From: Macrostomum lignano
Taxonomy: Eukaryota
DNA: 64,000 bases
Assembly (NCBI GenBank): GCA_002269645.1
Contig: NIVC01000836.1
Coordinates: 6,681-70,680, forward strand
Direction: 5' to 3'
Part shown: piece by piece, positions 48,101 through 61,389 of the stretch
Numbering within the stretch: position 1 is the first letter of the stretch
How the letters are laid out: every line of letters begins with the position of its first letter
Program-made: the position numbers and the translations under genes
Notes under the pieces: model-generated
Told to the model about the DNA's origin: nothing
What the model saw: only the letters and a program-made list of their open reading frames with translations
Database searches by the model: none

Positions 48101-50321
48101 CCTAAAAACTATTAAAATAGCACGGCTCAGCTCTTTAGTTTTATGAACCTATTTAATCATTCTTAGCTGACTGTGTACCAATATTTGTAACTGAGATGAT
48201 AAAATAGATTCATAAAACCAAAGATTGGAGCTGTGTCATGCATTTTTATGATTGTTAGGTACAGGAAATGTACGTAGAATAAACAATTAACACAGAATCC
48301 TAATTATTTGAATGAAAAGATTTATGAATATCGATAGAGGCAATAAGAAAGGCACAACATACCAAAAGATGAACACTGGATCTGCCTCCTATCGATAGTC
48401 GCATTTGAGGCGAGCTACAATGACTCACTCAACAGGCAGACCGCTAGCCTGACTATCGTTGTCAGTTGACGGGCAGACTTCGCTATAGGTAGTGACAGTG
48501 TCAGGCCTGTCCTCGCCCGACCGCACTGCGGGCAGCTGGGCATTGGCTGATGCGGAATGCGGAGGCAGCTGCGGGGCCTCCGTCATGGGTGCCGATAATT
48601 TGTCCGGCAAACGGTTGCGCAACGATGGACGCAGCAGAGCGGCTGCCGAAGTTGCCGACGGCTCCGGTTGGAGACTTGGGGAACTGAAAAATTTGCGCGA
48701 TCAAATTGTAAATGCAGTGCGGACTGCTTTTGTGGTAATGAGCGCTTGGAGCAACCAGGAAAATGACAGGCAGATTCAATGAGCATCAAGGCAGATTCAA
48801 TGAGCACAGGCAGATTCAATGAGCACAGAGACAGATTCAATGAGCATAGATGCAGATTCAATGAGCATAGAGGCAGATTCAATGAGCATAAAGGCAGATT
48901 CAATGAGCAGAGGCAGATTCAATGAGCATAGAGGCAGATTCAATGAGCATAGAGGCAGATTCAATGAGCATAGAGAGGCAGATTCAATGAGCATAGAGGC
49001 AGATTCAATGAGCACAGAGGCAGATTCAATGAGCACAGAGACAGATTCAATGAGCATAGAGGCAGATTCAATGAGCACAGAGACAGATTCAATGAGCATA
49101 GATGCAGATTCAATGAGCATAGAGGCAGATTCAATGAGCACAGAGGCAGATTCAATGAGCATAGAGAGGCAGATTCAATGAGCATAGAGGCAGATTCAAT
49201 GAGCATAGAGGCAGATTCAATGAGCACAGAGGCAGATTCAATGAGCACAGAGGCAGATTCAATGAGCACAGAGACAGATTCAATGAGCATAGAGGCAGAT
49301 TCAATGAGCACAGAGACAGATTCAATGAGCATAGATGCAGATTCAATGAGCATAGAGGCAGATTCAATGAGCACAGAGGCAGATTCAATGAGCATAGAGA
49401 CAGATTCAATGAGCAGAGGCAGATTCAATGAGCATAGAGGCAGATTCAATGAGCATAGAGGCAGATTCAATGAGCAGAGGCAGATTCAATGAGCATAGAG
49501 GCAGATTCAATAAGCATAGAGGCAGATTCAATGAGCATAGAGAGGCAGATTCAATAAGCAAAGAGGCAGATTCAATGAGCATAGAGAGGCAGATTCAATG
49601 AGCATAAAGGCAGATTCAATGAGCAGAGGCAGATTCAATGAGCATAGAGGCAGATTCAATGAGCATAGAGAGGCAGATTCAATGAGCATAGAGAGACAGA
49701 TTCAATGAGCACAGAGGCAGATTCAATGAGCATAGAGAGACAGATTCAATGAGCATAGAGGCAGATTCAATGAGCACAGAGACAGATTCAATGAGCACAG
49801 AGGCAGATTCAATGAGCACAGAGGCAGATTCAATGAGCATAGAGGCAGATTCAATGAGCATAGAGAGGCAGATTCAATGAGCACAGAGGCAGATTCAATG
49901 AGCAGAGGCAGATTCAAATCCCGTTACTCAAGAAACCACCGACTCACTCGTCAGACTTGGCAGCCAGATTGAAGTTATCAATGGTGACAGACCGCACAGG
50001 CAGCAGATCCTCGCTAGCCCGCGAACCGGATGGCGATCGGTCATCAAGCAGAACTGGCCGACGATCTGGCAGGGGCGGAGCGGACTTGCAGGCAGCCGGC
50101 GTGGAAGCGTAGGACGCGGCCAGGCTGTCAGCGTCGCCAGAGAGCGGCCGACGGCCCCGATCTGACCGGTGCTGCTGCCGACGCCAGGGCGATTTGAATG
50201 CGGCAAAGCCGAAGCTGTGCGCCCGTTTTGGCGATTTGGCGGCGTGCTTCTGCTCTGGCTGGCGCTGCTGCTGCTGCGACAGTTCGTCTTCTGGCAGCTG
50301 GCGCGACACGCAGGCGCCCAT
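45164..50321 (-). CDS. Serine-rich coiled-coil protein, CCSER1/2 (FAM190)-like by eye (about 474 aa, 4 exons)
   Basis: Exons 50321-49948 (MGACVSRQ...), 48683-48429, 47754-47472, 45676-45164 splice GT-AG in one frame (phases 2,2,0). The motifs SSLDSDDLML and DVTGVKTLLLRLRRQLL and a C-terminal coiled coil recall CCSER proteins. The gene model is solid; the family name is about 0.45 confidence. Confidence 0.75.
45775..47460. repeat. 35-bp minisatellite (CACGAATCTGTCACTCCCCAGACAGTGGAAGACAA)n, split by the solo LTR
   Basis: Units at 45775-46070 and 47243-47460. Confidence 0.92.
46071..47242. mobile_element. Solo LTR (or LTR-like element), 1172 bp, inserted in a 35-bp minisatellite
   Basis: TGT...ACA termini (TGTAGTG / TATCACA). 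4-bp direct repeat AGTG at 46067-46070 and 47243-47246. The minisatellite resumes in register after the insert. Confidence 0.8.
47963..48389. mobile_element. MITE with about 120-bp terminal inverted repeats, TA target site
   Basis: GGAGGCAGACCCAGTGTTCACC... at 47963-48083 is the reverse complement (about 5 mismatches) of ...GAACACTGGATCTGCCTCC ending at 48389. TA flanks both ends. No ORF. Confidence 0.75.
48768..49917. repeat. 21-bp minisatellite (GGCAGATTCAATGAGCATAGA)n in intron 1 of the CCSER-like gene
   Basis: Direct inspection; 19- and 23-bp variants are present. Confidence 0.96.
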
Positions 50322-52964
50322 TAGGCGATGCATGGCTGCAACTATTGGCACCGCTGGGATGTGGCGGAATTAACATCATTCACTGGGCTGTATCCGCTAT
50401 AGATAAGATGTATAAAGTCAGGGACTACTAAAACACGGGACAGGAAACTGGCCAGATCATGCAGAAAAAAGTTGGAGGCAGCTATTTCTAAGGCTCTGTA
50501 AAGTTTATTATTGAACGTAGAAAGCTGGTTTCTTTACCATCCTGTACAGAATTTATCCCTCTACAAGATGCACAACTCTACATCAGCATGCTCGGTATCA
50601 GAGAAATCGCTGAGTAAATTTCAGAGTAATAACAAGGAAATTTGTATGTATCCCTCACTTGCCCTGGGCGAACGTCTATGGTCTCAGTGTAAATTCCATT
50701 TATTTGCATTGGTGCAAATAAACGGTTTATTTCATTTGCCCAAAGACAATATTAAAACGCCGTTTCTAACTGCTCACTTGGCTACATAGAGAGAATTGAC
50801 TGAATTGTATAGAAATTCTGCTATAGACCATAGACATTGAATCATTTAAAAAAATTATCTTTAACGTTCTTAAGGCTTCGCATCGGTCAATAAACTGGTC
50901 ACTCAAGCATTTATTGCCCTAGCACGGGTATAAATGGGGAATATTAAAGATTAAAGAGCTATCAAAGACTAATTTCGTAATTTTCAGACAACACAGCAGA
51001 AGCAGCAGCTACAAGCTTAACTGAATAGCGATGATGCTTGAGCAGAAACCCTCAGGCATTTCTTTAACCTTTTCGCGCCGGAGCTAGAAGTACAAGTTCT
51101 TTCCGTTTCTTCCCTTCTTTGGCCCGAATTATTCGGCTGAGAGCTCGTATCTTGGCCGAGGCGCAGCCGAGGCCTAGAAGCGAGCTCGTAGCCGTGGACT
51201 TTGGGCCATAGACAGAAAGAAACGGAAAGAATATATTTCTTCCAAACTTGGACCGGGCCAAAGAAATGATAGGCCTGGCCAAAGAAATGAAAAAAAAGCA
51301 TTGAACCATAGACAGACACGGCTCAGCTAAGTGGGAAAGAAATACAAAAGCTCCGTTCCTGCTGACATGGTCAGCTGGGCTGGCCATAGACTATAGCTGG
51401 AATCGTAACGCGCCCTGTGCAAAGCCTTTATAGCCAAGAAGGGAGCATTTTATACTTGGCTTGGACAAATCTAGGGTCGAAAAAAAGCTGTTTCAAAGTG
51501 CATTTTAACTTAATGCTCTCTATATAGATTATGCAGTGTGTACACTACTCGATATCTAGCAATAGACACTACAGTTCACTTTAAAATCTGCAAACAGGCA
51601 TTTTTGAAAGAGAAAGCACTGCACCTCCTTAATAAGAGTAGTGCATCATTTTATTGAAAAGTAAATCAGCTACAACCATGGAAATTTTGCATGGAAATTC
51701 TGAGATTGATGATGTCATCACAAAAATGCTGAATTCCATTCAGATAAGTAGGATTTTTTCACCCATTTTTTGTATGATCAGCACTGCTGACCATGCTTGG
51801 CTGGAACAGCTACTATGTAACACATAACTTTTCTTTTACCATAGACTCCAAAAAATATCAGCAGTAAAGGTTGTTTGTCCATGGTTAGCTCTGCTGACCA
51901 TCCGGCAGCTTAAAAATCTAAATTCAATAAAAAAATCTAAGGAGCACTAGAAATACCAGCCTCTAACTATTTTCTACATCATCTGGGTAGTTTCCCAACA
52001 TATTTTGGTGGCCATGCACAGCACTAGTGGCCAGGGGCAATCTAGCCAATGTATAATAATCAGTCAAATTACTTCAAAGTGTCCTCAAAGCTTATAGGCT
52101 TTGATTTGACAATCAAATTCTAAATTTGATTTTGGGATTTCAGAGACAAAAACCTTGAAACTCTTTCTAATCTAACCTATCAAGCAGATGCAGAGCTTAA
52201 TAATTGGTGCAAAGACTAGATATAAGTAGTATACGGTAAATAGACAAACTAACTTATTAAAGTAGCCTTTTAAATTTATACTGAAGAACCAAGTGCAAAA
52301 AAGCCATAGTTGAGGTAAAAAGTTTATGCTTTTTCATTTGTTTTTATTTTATTCCATTTTTAGTAATTTCTATAATATAGAAATAGAGTTACATTAAATA
52401 TTAGATATTCTTTAATTATACAAGGTACAATGAGATTTCAAGTTTGTTTAATAATTTTATGATTTCTTATGATTTTTTATGATAAATCTTATTTGCCCAA
52501 ATAAAAAAACATTCTAGTTTTAAAAATTGGTCAAATAAATTATTAAAAAATTACAAAAATGTTTTATAAATTTTTTTAATATTTTTATAATGCTTTTTGC
52601 CAGTTAAGTACTATGGCATGATCATTTTTTCCTAAATACAAACTTGATTTTTACTAATTATTTTTAACTTGAAATTTTTAGATATAACAAGCTGTTGAAA
52701 CCTGCAGGTTTTGAACCTAGGGAATTCCAATGCCCATAACTATTTTTGCATGTATTCTAAAATCTGAGGCCATCCTAAAACAAAAACTTGTTAATAGTTA
52801 GTAGGATAGAAGTAAACATAAAGTAGAGTACATTTGTGTAAAATTAGGGTTTGAGGCAAACATTTGATATTGTTGGCTAGGGTGCTACACAAAATGTCAG
52901 ACAATGTCAGTCTGACTCTAAAATATGTATGGCAAACTGTGGCCTCTGCCTCTGACTCCCCCTG

Positions 52965-53420
52965 TCTCTTGGATCTTTTAAAACTTCTATCTTCTCTTCT
53001 ATTTCCTTTCTTTTCTCTTATCCCCTGTCTCTCTTCTCTTCTCTTTTTCCTCTTATCTTTTCTCTTTTTTCCTTTCTCTTCTCTCCTTTCTTTTCTCATA
53101 TATTTTCTCATAGTTCTCTTCTCTTTCATCTCTCTTATCTCATCTTTTCTCTCTCCTCTCCACTCTTCTCTCTCTCCTCTCCACTCTCCTCTCTCTTCTC
53201 TCCCCTCTTCTCTCATCTCTTCCTTCTCCTCTCTATTCTTTTCTCTCTTCTTTTTCTCTCTCATTCTCATTCTTTTTCTCATTCCTCACTCTCCTCTCTC
53301 TCAACACTTCCTTCTTCTCTCTTCTCTCAACTCTCTCTTCTACTCACTCTCTTTTTTTCTTATCCCCTCTCTCGCCGCTCCTCTTTTTTAAATTGTTTAT
53401 TCATTCTTCTTTCTACTCTC
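52965..53420. repeat. CT-rich low-complexity tract
   Basis: Direct inspection. Confidence 0.85.
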
Positions 53421-54648
53421 ATCTGTCTCTCAGCCATGAACTAGATTATTTATCTAGCCTTGGAGATAAAAGTCTGTCTATCCTTGCTTGGAAAGCCAGT
53501 TTGTGGAACGTAGTACTCTCATGGTTTTTTCATGCTTTGAGCATATCATCTTTCTTCCCAATTTGTAGCTCCAAAAGGAATTTGTATATCTTTAGCTCCA
53601 TTACAATCTGCATCAGTCTAACAACCAAGGAAATATGCATTTCTTAGGAGGCCATTTAAATTTTTAAGTACCTTTAAGAAAAAATTGAAACTTCTATGGT
53701 ATGACTAATTTAGTAGGGTTGCATTGCATCGTATTTGCATTAGAGGAATTAGGGTTGCATCATATCACATTTGCATTGCATCAAAAATGCATTGCATTGC
53801 ATTTTCAGAAATCTTTTACTTTTACAAACCATGCTAGGGTTGCCTTGATTTGCCAATTGCCATCCACTATAAAACTGCTATAGAGTTTCTTATACAGAGG
53901 GCAATGGTTAGAATTACTTATTAAACTGTTATAGCTAAACATGGCCTCACCATGGGGGTGCAAAGAAGGCTATAAATAAAGCTATTCCAAAACAATGTAT
54001 ATTGCTATTATATTCAGCCTTATCACCTAACCCTTATTCTGGCTTTGGGTAAAGGATTAAGTAAATGGCACATTTAATAGAAAAATCAGACAACTTTGCA
54101 TGCTTATAGTTTTTGTCTTGATTGAGTTATAGACAGAGTTGAATCTTTACATTTGGACAAAAAATGAATCAATGAAGAATTTTCAAGTTTGAAGTCAATT
54201 GCTTTATGTGGAACAAGCTTATGGCAGCCAAAACTTAGTCAATTTTATAACCCTTTTTACATATCTAAGACCAGATTAAAAGAGTCAGGCAAAGGTTAGG
54301 ATAGCTGCCTTACTAACAAAAAAATCTAAATTTAAAAGTGCATAGCACCATTTAGGATTGACTTTGAGACTCATGATTTTTTTGAAATGTCAAAGTGTCG
54401 AAATAGATGAAGATTATTATGTGTCAAATTTGAAGACAATTGATAAAATTGGAGCAATGCTATGGAAGGTATAGTGAAAAATTGCACATTTTGAGCAGTT
54501 TTGTTTTGCACTTTTAGGTAAGAAGACTTAGACTTATATTTTCTCTATCAAATGATAAAATTAATTTAATGCTAATTAGAATTTGCTATTTTTTAGCCTT
54601 TTTAATTTTATCTTTTATCTAATATTAATAATAATATTGATAAACATA

Positions 54649-54860
54649 CTTGTATAACTTTTGCCAACACATTTTCAGAGATCTTCCAACACTTTTTACA
54701 ACACTTTTTGCGACATTTTAAGTGTCATAAAGTGTCAAAAGATCTGTCTGAAAATGTGTCGGTGAAAGTTAACTGTTACGACACTTTTTGCAACATTTTA
54801 AGTGTCATAAAAAAGTGTCAGAAGATCTGTCTGAAAATGTGTTGGCAAAAGTTATACAGG
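54649..54860. mobile_element. Short MITE (212 bp), TA target site, Tc1/mariner-type ends
   Basis: TA|CTTGTATAACTTTTGCCAACACATTTTCAGA ... TCTGAAAATGTGTTGGCAAAAGTTATACAGG|TA. The core of 29 bp is a perfect inverted repeat, and there is an internal duplicated segment of about 70 bp. Confidence 0.7.
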
Positions 54861-55793
54861 TAAAGACTTCATTAGTAGATAGCCTGCAGAAGACTGCCGG
54901 ACTCATAGCCATTAGAAAACAGGTTCCAGTGCCGGAACTCTAGCCATTAGGCCTAGGCCTACTGCAAACTTGCAAAGTTATTCATGTGCCAAAATCCTCA
55001 TTTTTATTCAAATTTGGCTTCTGCATGCATATTGGCAAGTCTGCAAGTCATGGGATGATGGAACCCTCGGCCTGACTGCTCTGAAGTCCCTAGTTTACCT
55101 ACAGTAGCCTAGCCTTTGCCCCTTGGTAGGCCTACTACTACTAGCTAACTAAGCTAGGCCCTACAATACAAAGTAGACAAGACAATGACAATGACATCAT
55201 CACATCATCTACTTTACCTTTAGGTTTAGTTCACTTAATAATAAAGGCGTAAAAGTTCAATAGAATACGTTTCGTTAATTTAAAACGTACTTATTTCATT
55301 AGCTTAGCAAAAACCACTGCGTGCAAATATGATCAATGCATAGGCCAATAGAGGACTGGGCAAGTGAAGTTGAGCACTAAGACTGGGACATTTATGAAGA
55401 AAACCCGGCAATAAAAGATGTGTTCAAATATTTTTTCTATCTTTAAAAAAAATAATCATGATGTATTTTATTCATTTTTTCTAATTAAAACGATTATTTT
55501 TTGCTTAAATTAAGGTACTTTTTGTTAAAAAGAAATATATGTTTAAAAAAAATTTAAGATCGCATTAAGTTGTGAATTGTCAAGTAAGTTTATAAAAAAG
55601 TGAAAACAGTAATTGATTTCTACGATACAGCATAAATACTTTATTCGAAGAAAAAATACATACTTGACAAGTTAGTTAAATAGTCCTTTTGTTACAATCA
55701 CATTAACAGTGAAACAGAACATACATAAAGCATTATTATCGTATATTATTTGTTTTATAATTATCTGTGAGTACTTTTCACTTAAAATTTGCC

Positions 55794-58700
55794 ATGGCTG
55801 CCTCTGAATCCAGCCTAGAAAAGCTATATGATGTAATGAAGAACATTGAGATGAACAAAAAAACTGGAAAAAACATGGAGGTATGCTATATCAATTTTTG
55901 CTTTTTTTGCTACTGCCTACTTGCTAGTTGCTAGCCTACTACAAACAATACAATTGTCTGGAATCTAAGTAATCATTGTTGTAACTTATATAAAAATTTT
56001 TGTAGTTGATGTTCATTTTGTCTGCTGCCAGTTTGTCCACAACTCTTATCTGCAAAAATAAGATGTCATTTTGTCTACCTCTACTACAAAATATTAAATA
56101 TGATATAAAAATTATAAGTGACAATTGTTATAATATAATGAGATAGTGATAGATAAAATACTCATTTTAATACGACCTAGTGATAATGGACAACTGTATT
56201 ATTAGAAGTATAAACATTCTAAAAAATAATAGTTAGACATAGGCGAGTGGCCATGTGGTAGGCCCCCCTAACTAGTCATTTCACCTATATATAAACTGTT
56301 TTGGCCATGGCCATTTTGCCCTTATACCATTTCGCCCACAGACCATTTCACCCATAGACTGTTTCATCCATAGACCATTTTGGCCATGGACCATTTCTAA
56401 ACTTTACAGTTTTAAACTCTATGTTTTGATTTTCAATTTTGGTGAAAAAATCTTAAATTCTTTTAGTATTTCAAGCTTTATCTTGCTTTTATCTTGCTAT
56501 AACCAAAAACCCTTTCTCATCCTCAGCTGTTCAAATTGGCTTTAATTGTCATACTTTCAAAAGGAATGACTTTTAAAAAACTCGTTATAATTCATAATCA
56601 TAATAAACAAAATTGCAATAATGCAATTGTTGTAGCAACAATTCAGATCATAGTTTTTTACATATTAAAACTAAAAATTAGCATTGAAAAAAAGAAAATG
56701 AAGATACATGTATAGTTGTATCTCTAGTAAATACATAATACATAAATACCTATGTCTAAATTGGAGGCAAATAGTCTATGGCCAAACTGGTTTATAGGCA
56801 AAATGGTCTAAAGGTGAAATATCCATGGCTCAATTGGTTTGGGGACAAAATAACTGGAATTTGGCTGTCTATCTTCTATAATGCAAAAATTTATAACTTT
56901 TAATCTAAATAGTTTAAAAATAGTTTTTTTTAGTGAAAATATTTAATGTTTATATTTTTTGCCTTTTAAGTTTAATAAAATAGCTCTTTGAGGATTTTGG
57001 ATAAATAATTTTTTGTTAGGATGCTACAATTTTAGCATAAAAAGATTAAAATTAGAATCCCAATTATCATTCATTATAATATATGGGTATTATATATTGT
57101 TAAAAAAATTTATAATTAAAAGTTTTTTAGACTGTCTAATCTATAATACAAAAATATTAAAGAGACCCTTAAGAAAGCTAGTTGCTTCTACAATTCCCTA
57201 CATGTTTAGTTTGCAATCTCTATTGTAGCCAAGGTTTGAACTGTGCTTGACACCTTTTCCTACACTAGACACTACCAGTTTACCAGACTGTCTATACTAC
57301 TTGGGGCTAATCTGTGCTGTCTATAATAATGTGCAATTGGCTAAAATAAGGCTTGCAGTTATTTATATTCTATATATCTATGTCTATAAAGGCCCATCCT
57401 AAATATATATTAAAATATTTGCACATTTTAGTTATTCCAACACATTTGATAATAAGTAGATTATCTTATTAGAGATAAAAGGCTTTGTTTGTCTTGGTAA
57501 ACTTTAAGCAAAATTGTCATAAAATTAGTCAGAGGCATTATTGTCTATTTTACTTATTATCCTAAGCTGGCATGCATATATATAGGAATATACAGTATCC
57601 CTAACAACTTTTTTTATTATTAGGCATGTACACTTCATTGTGCCTTGGGAATTGGCCTTCAATGGCATTAGCAGACCAAACTGCATAAGCAGACCAAAGC
57701 TAAGATTCCAATTTAGCCCCAAATTAATTGGACTGCACTTAGAATTGAGCCTGGGCTGCTGACACATGAAAACACCACAACTAAACCACAGGGCTAACAA
57801 TTCTGAGGTTATCAATACTTTCAATACTATCATCAATACAGCTTTAATATTGCTCATTTGATAAGTAATTAAATATGAATGTGTAAATTGTACTTTGTAG
57901 AATGCTGCCCTGTTCAAAGTTATTCTGCAAGCAGCCAAAGGCGACTCAACTTCCAAGCGTTTGGCCTCTCAGTTTATTGCCCGGCTATTTAAAGATTTCC
58001 CAGACGAGCAGAAGACGGCTTACAATGCGCTGATCGATCTAGTTGAAGACGAGGACACACTGGTCAGGCGGCAGGTTATTAGCGACCTGCCAAAGCTGTG
58101 CAAAGATGTGCCAATCTTTGCCCCGAAGGTGGCAGACGTTCTTGTCCAAGTGCTGCAGGCGGACGACAGTCAGGTGAGAGGGAAAGAAGGCGCGATTTCG
58201 TTTTTTTCCCAAGCCTTTTGTTACATTCCATGTTTTAGATAGAATTGGATCAAAAAACTGGTTTTTTAATATGCGGTTTGGTTTTTTTGTAGCAGATGTG
58301 GCCAAAACCCCTGAGGTTTCGGGGCCTCGGGTAAGGCGGCTAAATACAGTAGCGAATGCTGGAGTGACACATCTAGGTTAATATAGAATCTGTGCTTCAA
58401 AGTACCAGTCTGGTTATGTAAGACTCCAAGTCTAAACTAGTTTGATTTCGGGCATGTATTAAAAATGTATAGGCAAAAATATAACTACTTTTTGGCCACC
58501 TACCCTACAATATGTCAATTCTACCCTAAAATAACTTGATTATATTAACTCCACAGGAACTGGCTCTGGCCAACCAGTCCCTTCTGCACGTGATTGGCGC
58601 TCATCCGGCCGAGGCGTTGACCGGCATCCTTGATCAGCTGACTCAGCCTGAGACGCCTGACCTTTGCCGGGAGCGAGCACTCCGTCTTCTAGCCGGCCGT

Positions 58701-61389
58701 GTGCAACAGGTGCCGCTGTCCGCCAAACTTGAAGAGCTGCTTGTTGAACGGCTTCAACCGTTGATTGATTCAGCTAGCGATGCTGAATTTATTAGCCTAG
58801 TTCAACTGCTGGCCTCGCTGAGCTGCATGCAGACCCTCACTGGCCGACAGCGACTGCTGGACATTGTTGGCAAGAAGGCCGCACTAGCTGGACCATTTCA
58901 GCCTGCCGATGCCGCCTTGCTAGCCAGGCTGAGGGAGTGCATTAAACAGGCTCTGCCTCTGCTGTCCGTGAGTGCCCGCCTGTTTTCCGCTTCTGTTTGG
59001 CTAGCTAAGATATTAGATTTCTAGATCACCGGTTTCCAAAGAGCTTATTATATCCCCAGAAGCTTTCCCAGATCCTCAGCAGCTTCTCTAGATTCTCAGA
59101 AGCTTCCCTAGATCCTCAGCAGCTTCCCTAGATCCTCAGCAGCTTCCCTAGATCCTCAGCAGCTTCCCTAGATTCTCAGATGCTTCGCTAAATCCTCAGC
59201 AGCTTCTCTAGATTCTCAGCAGCTTCCCCAGATTCTCAGAAACTTCTCTAGATTCTCATCAGCTTCCCTAGATTCTCAGATGCTATGCTAAATCCTCAGC
59301 AGCTTCTCTAGATTCTCAGCAGCTTCCCCAGATCCTCAGAAACTTCTCTAGATTCTCATCAGCTTCTCTAGATTCTCATCAGCTTCTCTAGATTCTCATC
59401 AGCTTCTCTAGATTCTCAGCAGCATCTCTAGATCCTCAGCAGCTTTCCCAGATCCTCAAAAGCTTCTCTAGATTCTCAGCAGCTTCTCTAGATCCTCAGC
59501 AGCTTCCCCAAATCCTCAGCAGCTTCCCTAGATCCTCAGCAGCTTCCCTAGATCCTCAGCAGCTTCCCAAATCCTCAGCAGCTTCCCTAGATTCTCAGAA
59601 GCTTCCCTAAATTCTCAGCAGATTCTCTACATCCTCATCAGCTTCCCTACATCCTCATCAACTTCCCTACATCTTCAGCAGCTTCCCTACATCCATTAAG
59701 ACTCGCTAAAATCCTCAGCAACTAGCTTTCCATTTACTAAACCCTTAAAACCCTTGCAGAAGAACATTAACGCCAAGCCATTCGTGATTTACTTTCTCGA
59801 CAAAGTGTTGCCAGTCATAGACAAGGTGCCCGCTGAGCTGGCTGGAGAGACTCCTCGGCTGGACCTGCTTAAATCGTTTGCCGAGCTGAGCAGCCACTCT
59901 GGTGAGTTTGTAGGATAATGATATTTTGATTGCCCCTAATCAGCCCAACGTCTGTGCGGTCTAAATTTCCCGCATGTCTGTTTATATTCTGTTCTAATTC
60001 GCTCTGATAATCTAAATAATCCGATCTAAATTACCCCGATAACCCGCTTTAAATCGCCCCGATAATCCGCTCTATATCGCCCCGATAATCCGCTCTAAAT
60101 CGCCCCTATTATCTATTCTAAATCGCCCCGATAAAACGATAATCCGCTCTAAATCACCCTGATAATCTGATCAAAATCGCCCTGATAATCCGCTCTAAAT
60201 CGCCCCAATAATCCGCTTTAAATCGCCCCAATAATCCGCTCTAAATCGCCCCAATAATTCGCTCTAAATCGCAACGATAATCCGATTTAAATCGCTTCAC
60301 CAAGGCGGCAACTTCGCCGCCACCGACGCCCAACTGACCGGCCTGCTGCGCCGTCTGACTGAGCGCCTAGCGTTGCCTAGCGACGCCGACGTTGACACGG
60401 ACGCAGACACACCGGCCGCTGCCGTTGCCGCTGCCGCCGCCGACGCCGCCAGCCTGACTCACTCGGAGTGTCTTCTGTACGCGCTGCATCAGACCGCCCG
60501 TACTCGGCCAGACTTTCTGGCTGACCGCGCCGAACTGTTGGCCGATTTGCGCAAACGGCTGCAGCTGCTGCATCTGTGAGTACTGGGGTTTTTTGTAGAT
60601 TTAGATCGTCATGTCCCTATTTGTTACTGTCAGTAGTTTTACAAGCTGGAAAATATAGGAAATAATATTGTTCTGTCTTTCTGCTTCCTCTCTGCTTTTT
60701 GTAGTAATTTAAGCTGTCAAGTCGGTCGGCAGCCTGTCAAACCAGTCCCAAATCCCAATGTCAGCAGCCTGTCAAACCAGTCCCAAACCCCAATGTCAGC
60801 AGCCTGTCAAACCAATCCCAAATCCCAATGTCAGCAGCCTGTCAAACCAGTCCCAAATCCCAATGTCAGCAGCCTGTCAAACCAGTCCCAAACCCCAATG
60901 TCAGCAGCCTGTCAAACCCCAATGTCAGAAGCCTGTCAAACCCCAATGTCAGCAGCCTGTCAAACCCCAATGTCAGCAGCCTGTCAAACGCTACTCCGCA
61001 CTCCCAGGGCCGCCCAGTCCTACCAGCGCTCGCACAAGCCGGCTGCCGGCGAAGCAAAATGCCGATTGGCTGACAACATCGGCGCCCTGATGAAGGATTT
61101 ATTTAGAAATCCGCCAACCTACAAGGCCGAACTGACCCTATCTTGGAAGCCGCTGCCTCCGCCGCCGCCGTCTCCGCAGCCAATAGCGGCTCCAGCTGTG
61201 AAGTCGCCGACTGCTGCGCCGGATCAGCAGCGGAAGCGGCCGGCCAGCCAGCAGGACTGGGGCCGCGGCGGTGGCGGCGGCCAATTCGGCTACGGCAAAA
61301 GGGGCTTCGGTGGCGGCGGCGGCGCCGGACGAGGAAGCGGCGGCCGAGGCGGCGGTCGCGGCCGAGGCGGTGGCTACCGGCGCTGGTGA
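55794..61389 (+). CDS. API5: Apoptosis inhibitor 5 (521 aa, 6 exons)
   Basis: Exons 55794-55880, 57901-58173, 58557-58967, 59760-59901, 60305-60575, 61008-61389 splice in frame. Motifs KRLASQFIARLFKDFP, LIDLVEDED-LVRRQ, ECLLYALHQ and KDLFRNPPTYKAELTLSWKP plus an RGG tail are characteristic of API5. Confidence 0.95.
59050..59700. repeat. 20-bp minisatellite (CTAGATCCTCAGCAGCTTCC)n in API5 intron 3
   Basis: Direct inspection. Confidence 0.93.
60015..60295. repeat. About 23-bp minisatellite (GATAATCCGCTCTAAATCGCCCC)n in API5 intron 4
   Basis: Direct inspection; ends next to the 60305 acceptor. Confidence 0.9.
60716..60990. repeat. 33/24-bp minisatellite (CAATGTCAGCAGCCTGTCAAACC...)n in API5 intron 5
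   Basis: Direct inspection; ends 17 nt before the 61008 exon start. Confidence 0.92.

Noticed and set aside
53700-53850. TAGGGTTGC/TTAGGG motifs as telomeric or hAT ends
   Set aside because: Three isolated copies only, with no tandem TTAGGG run and no matching inverted end.
60793-61007. N-terminal part of the 198-aa ORF (MSAACQTP repeats) as API5 coding sequence
   Set aside because: It is the intron-5 minisatellite; a phase-2 acceptor at 61006-61007 joins LQLLHL to AAQSYQR as expected from API5 homology.
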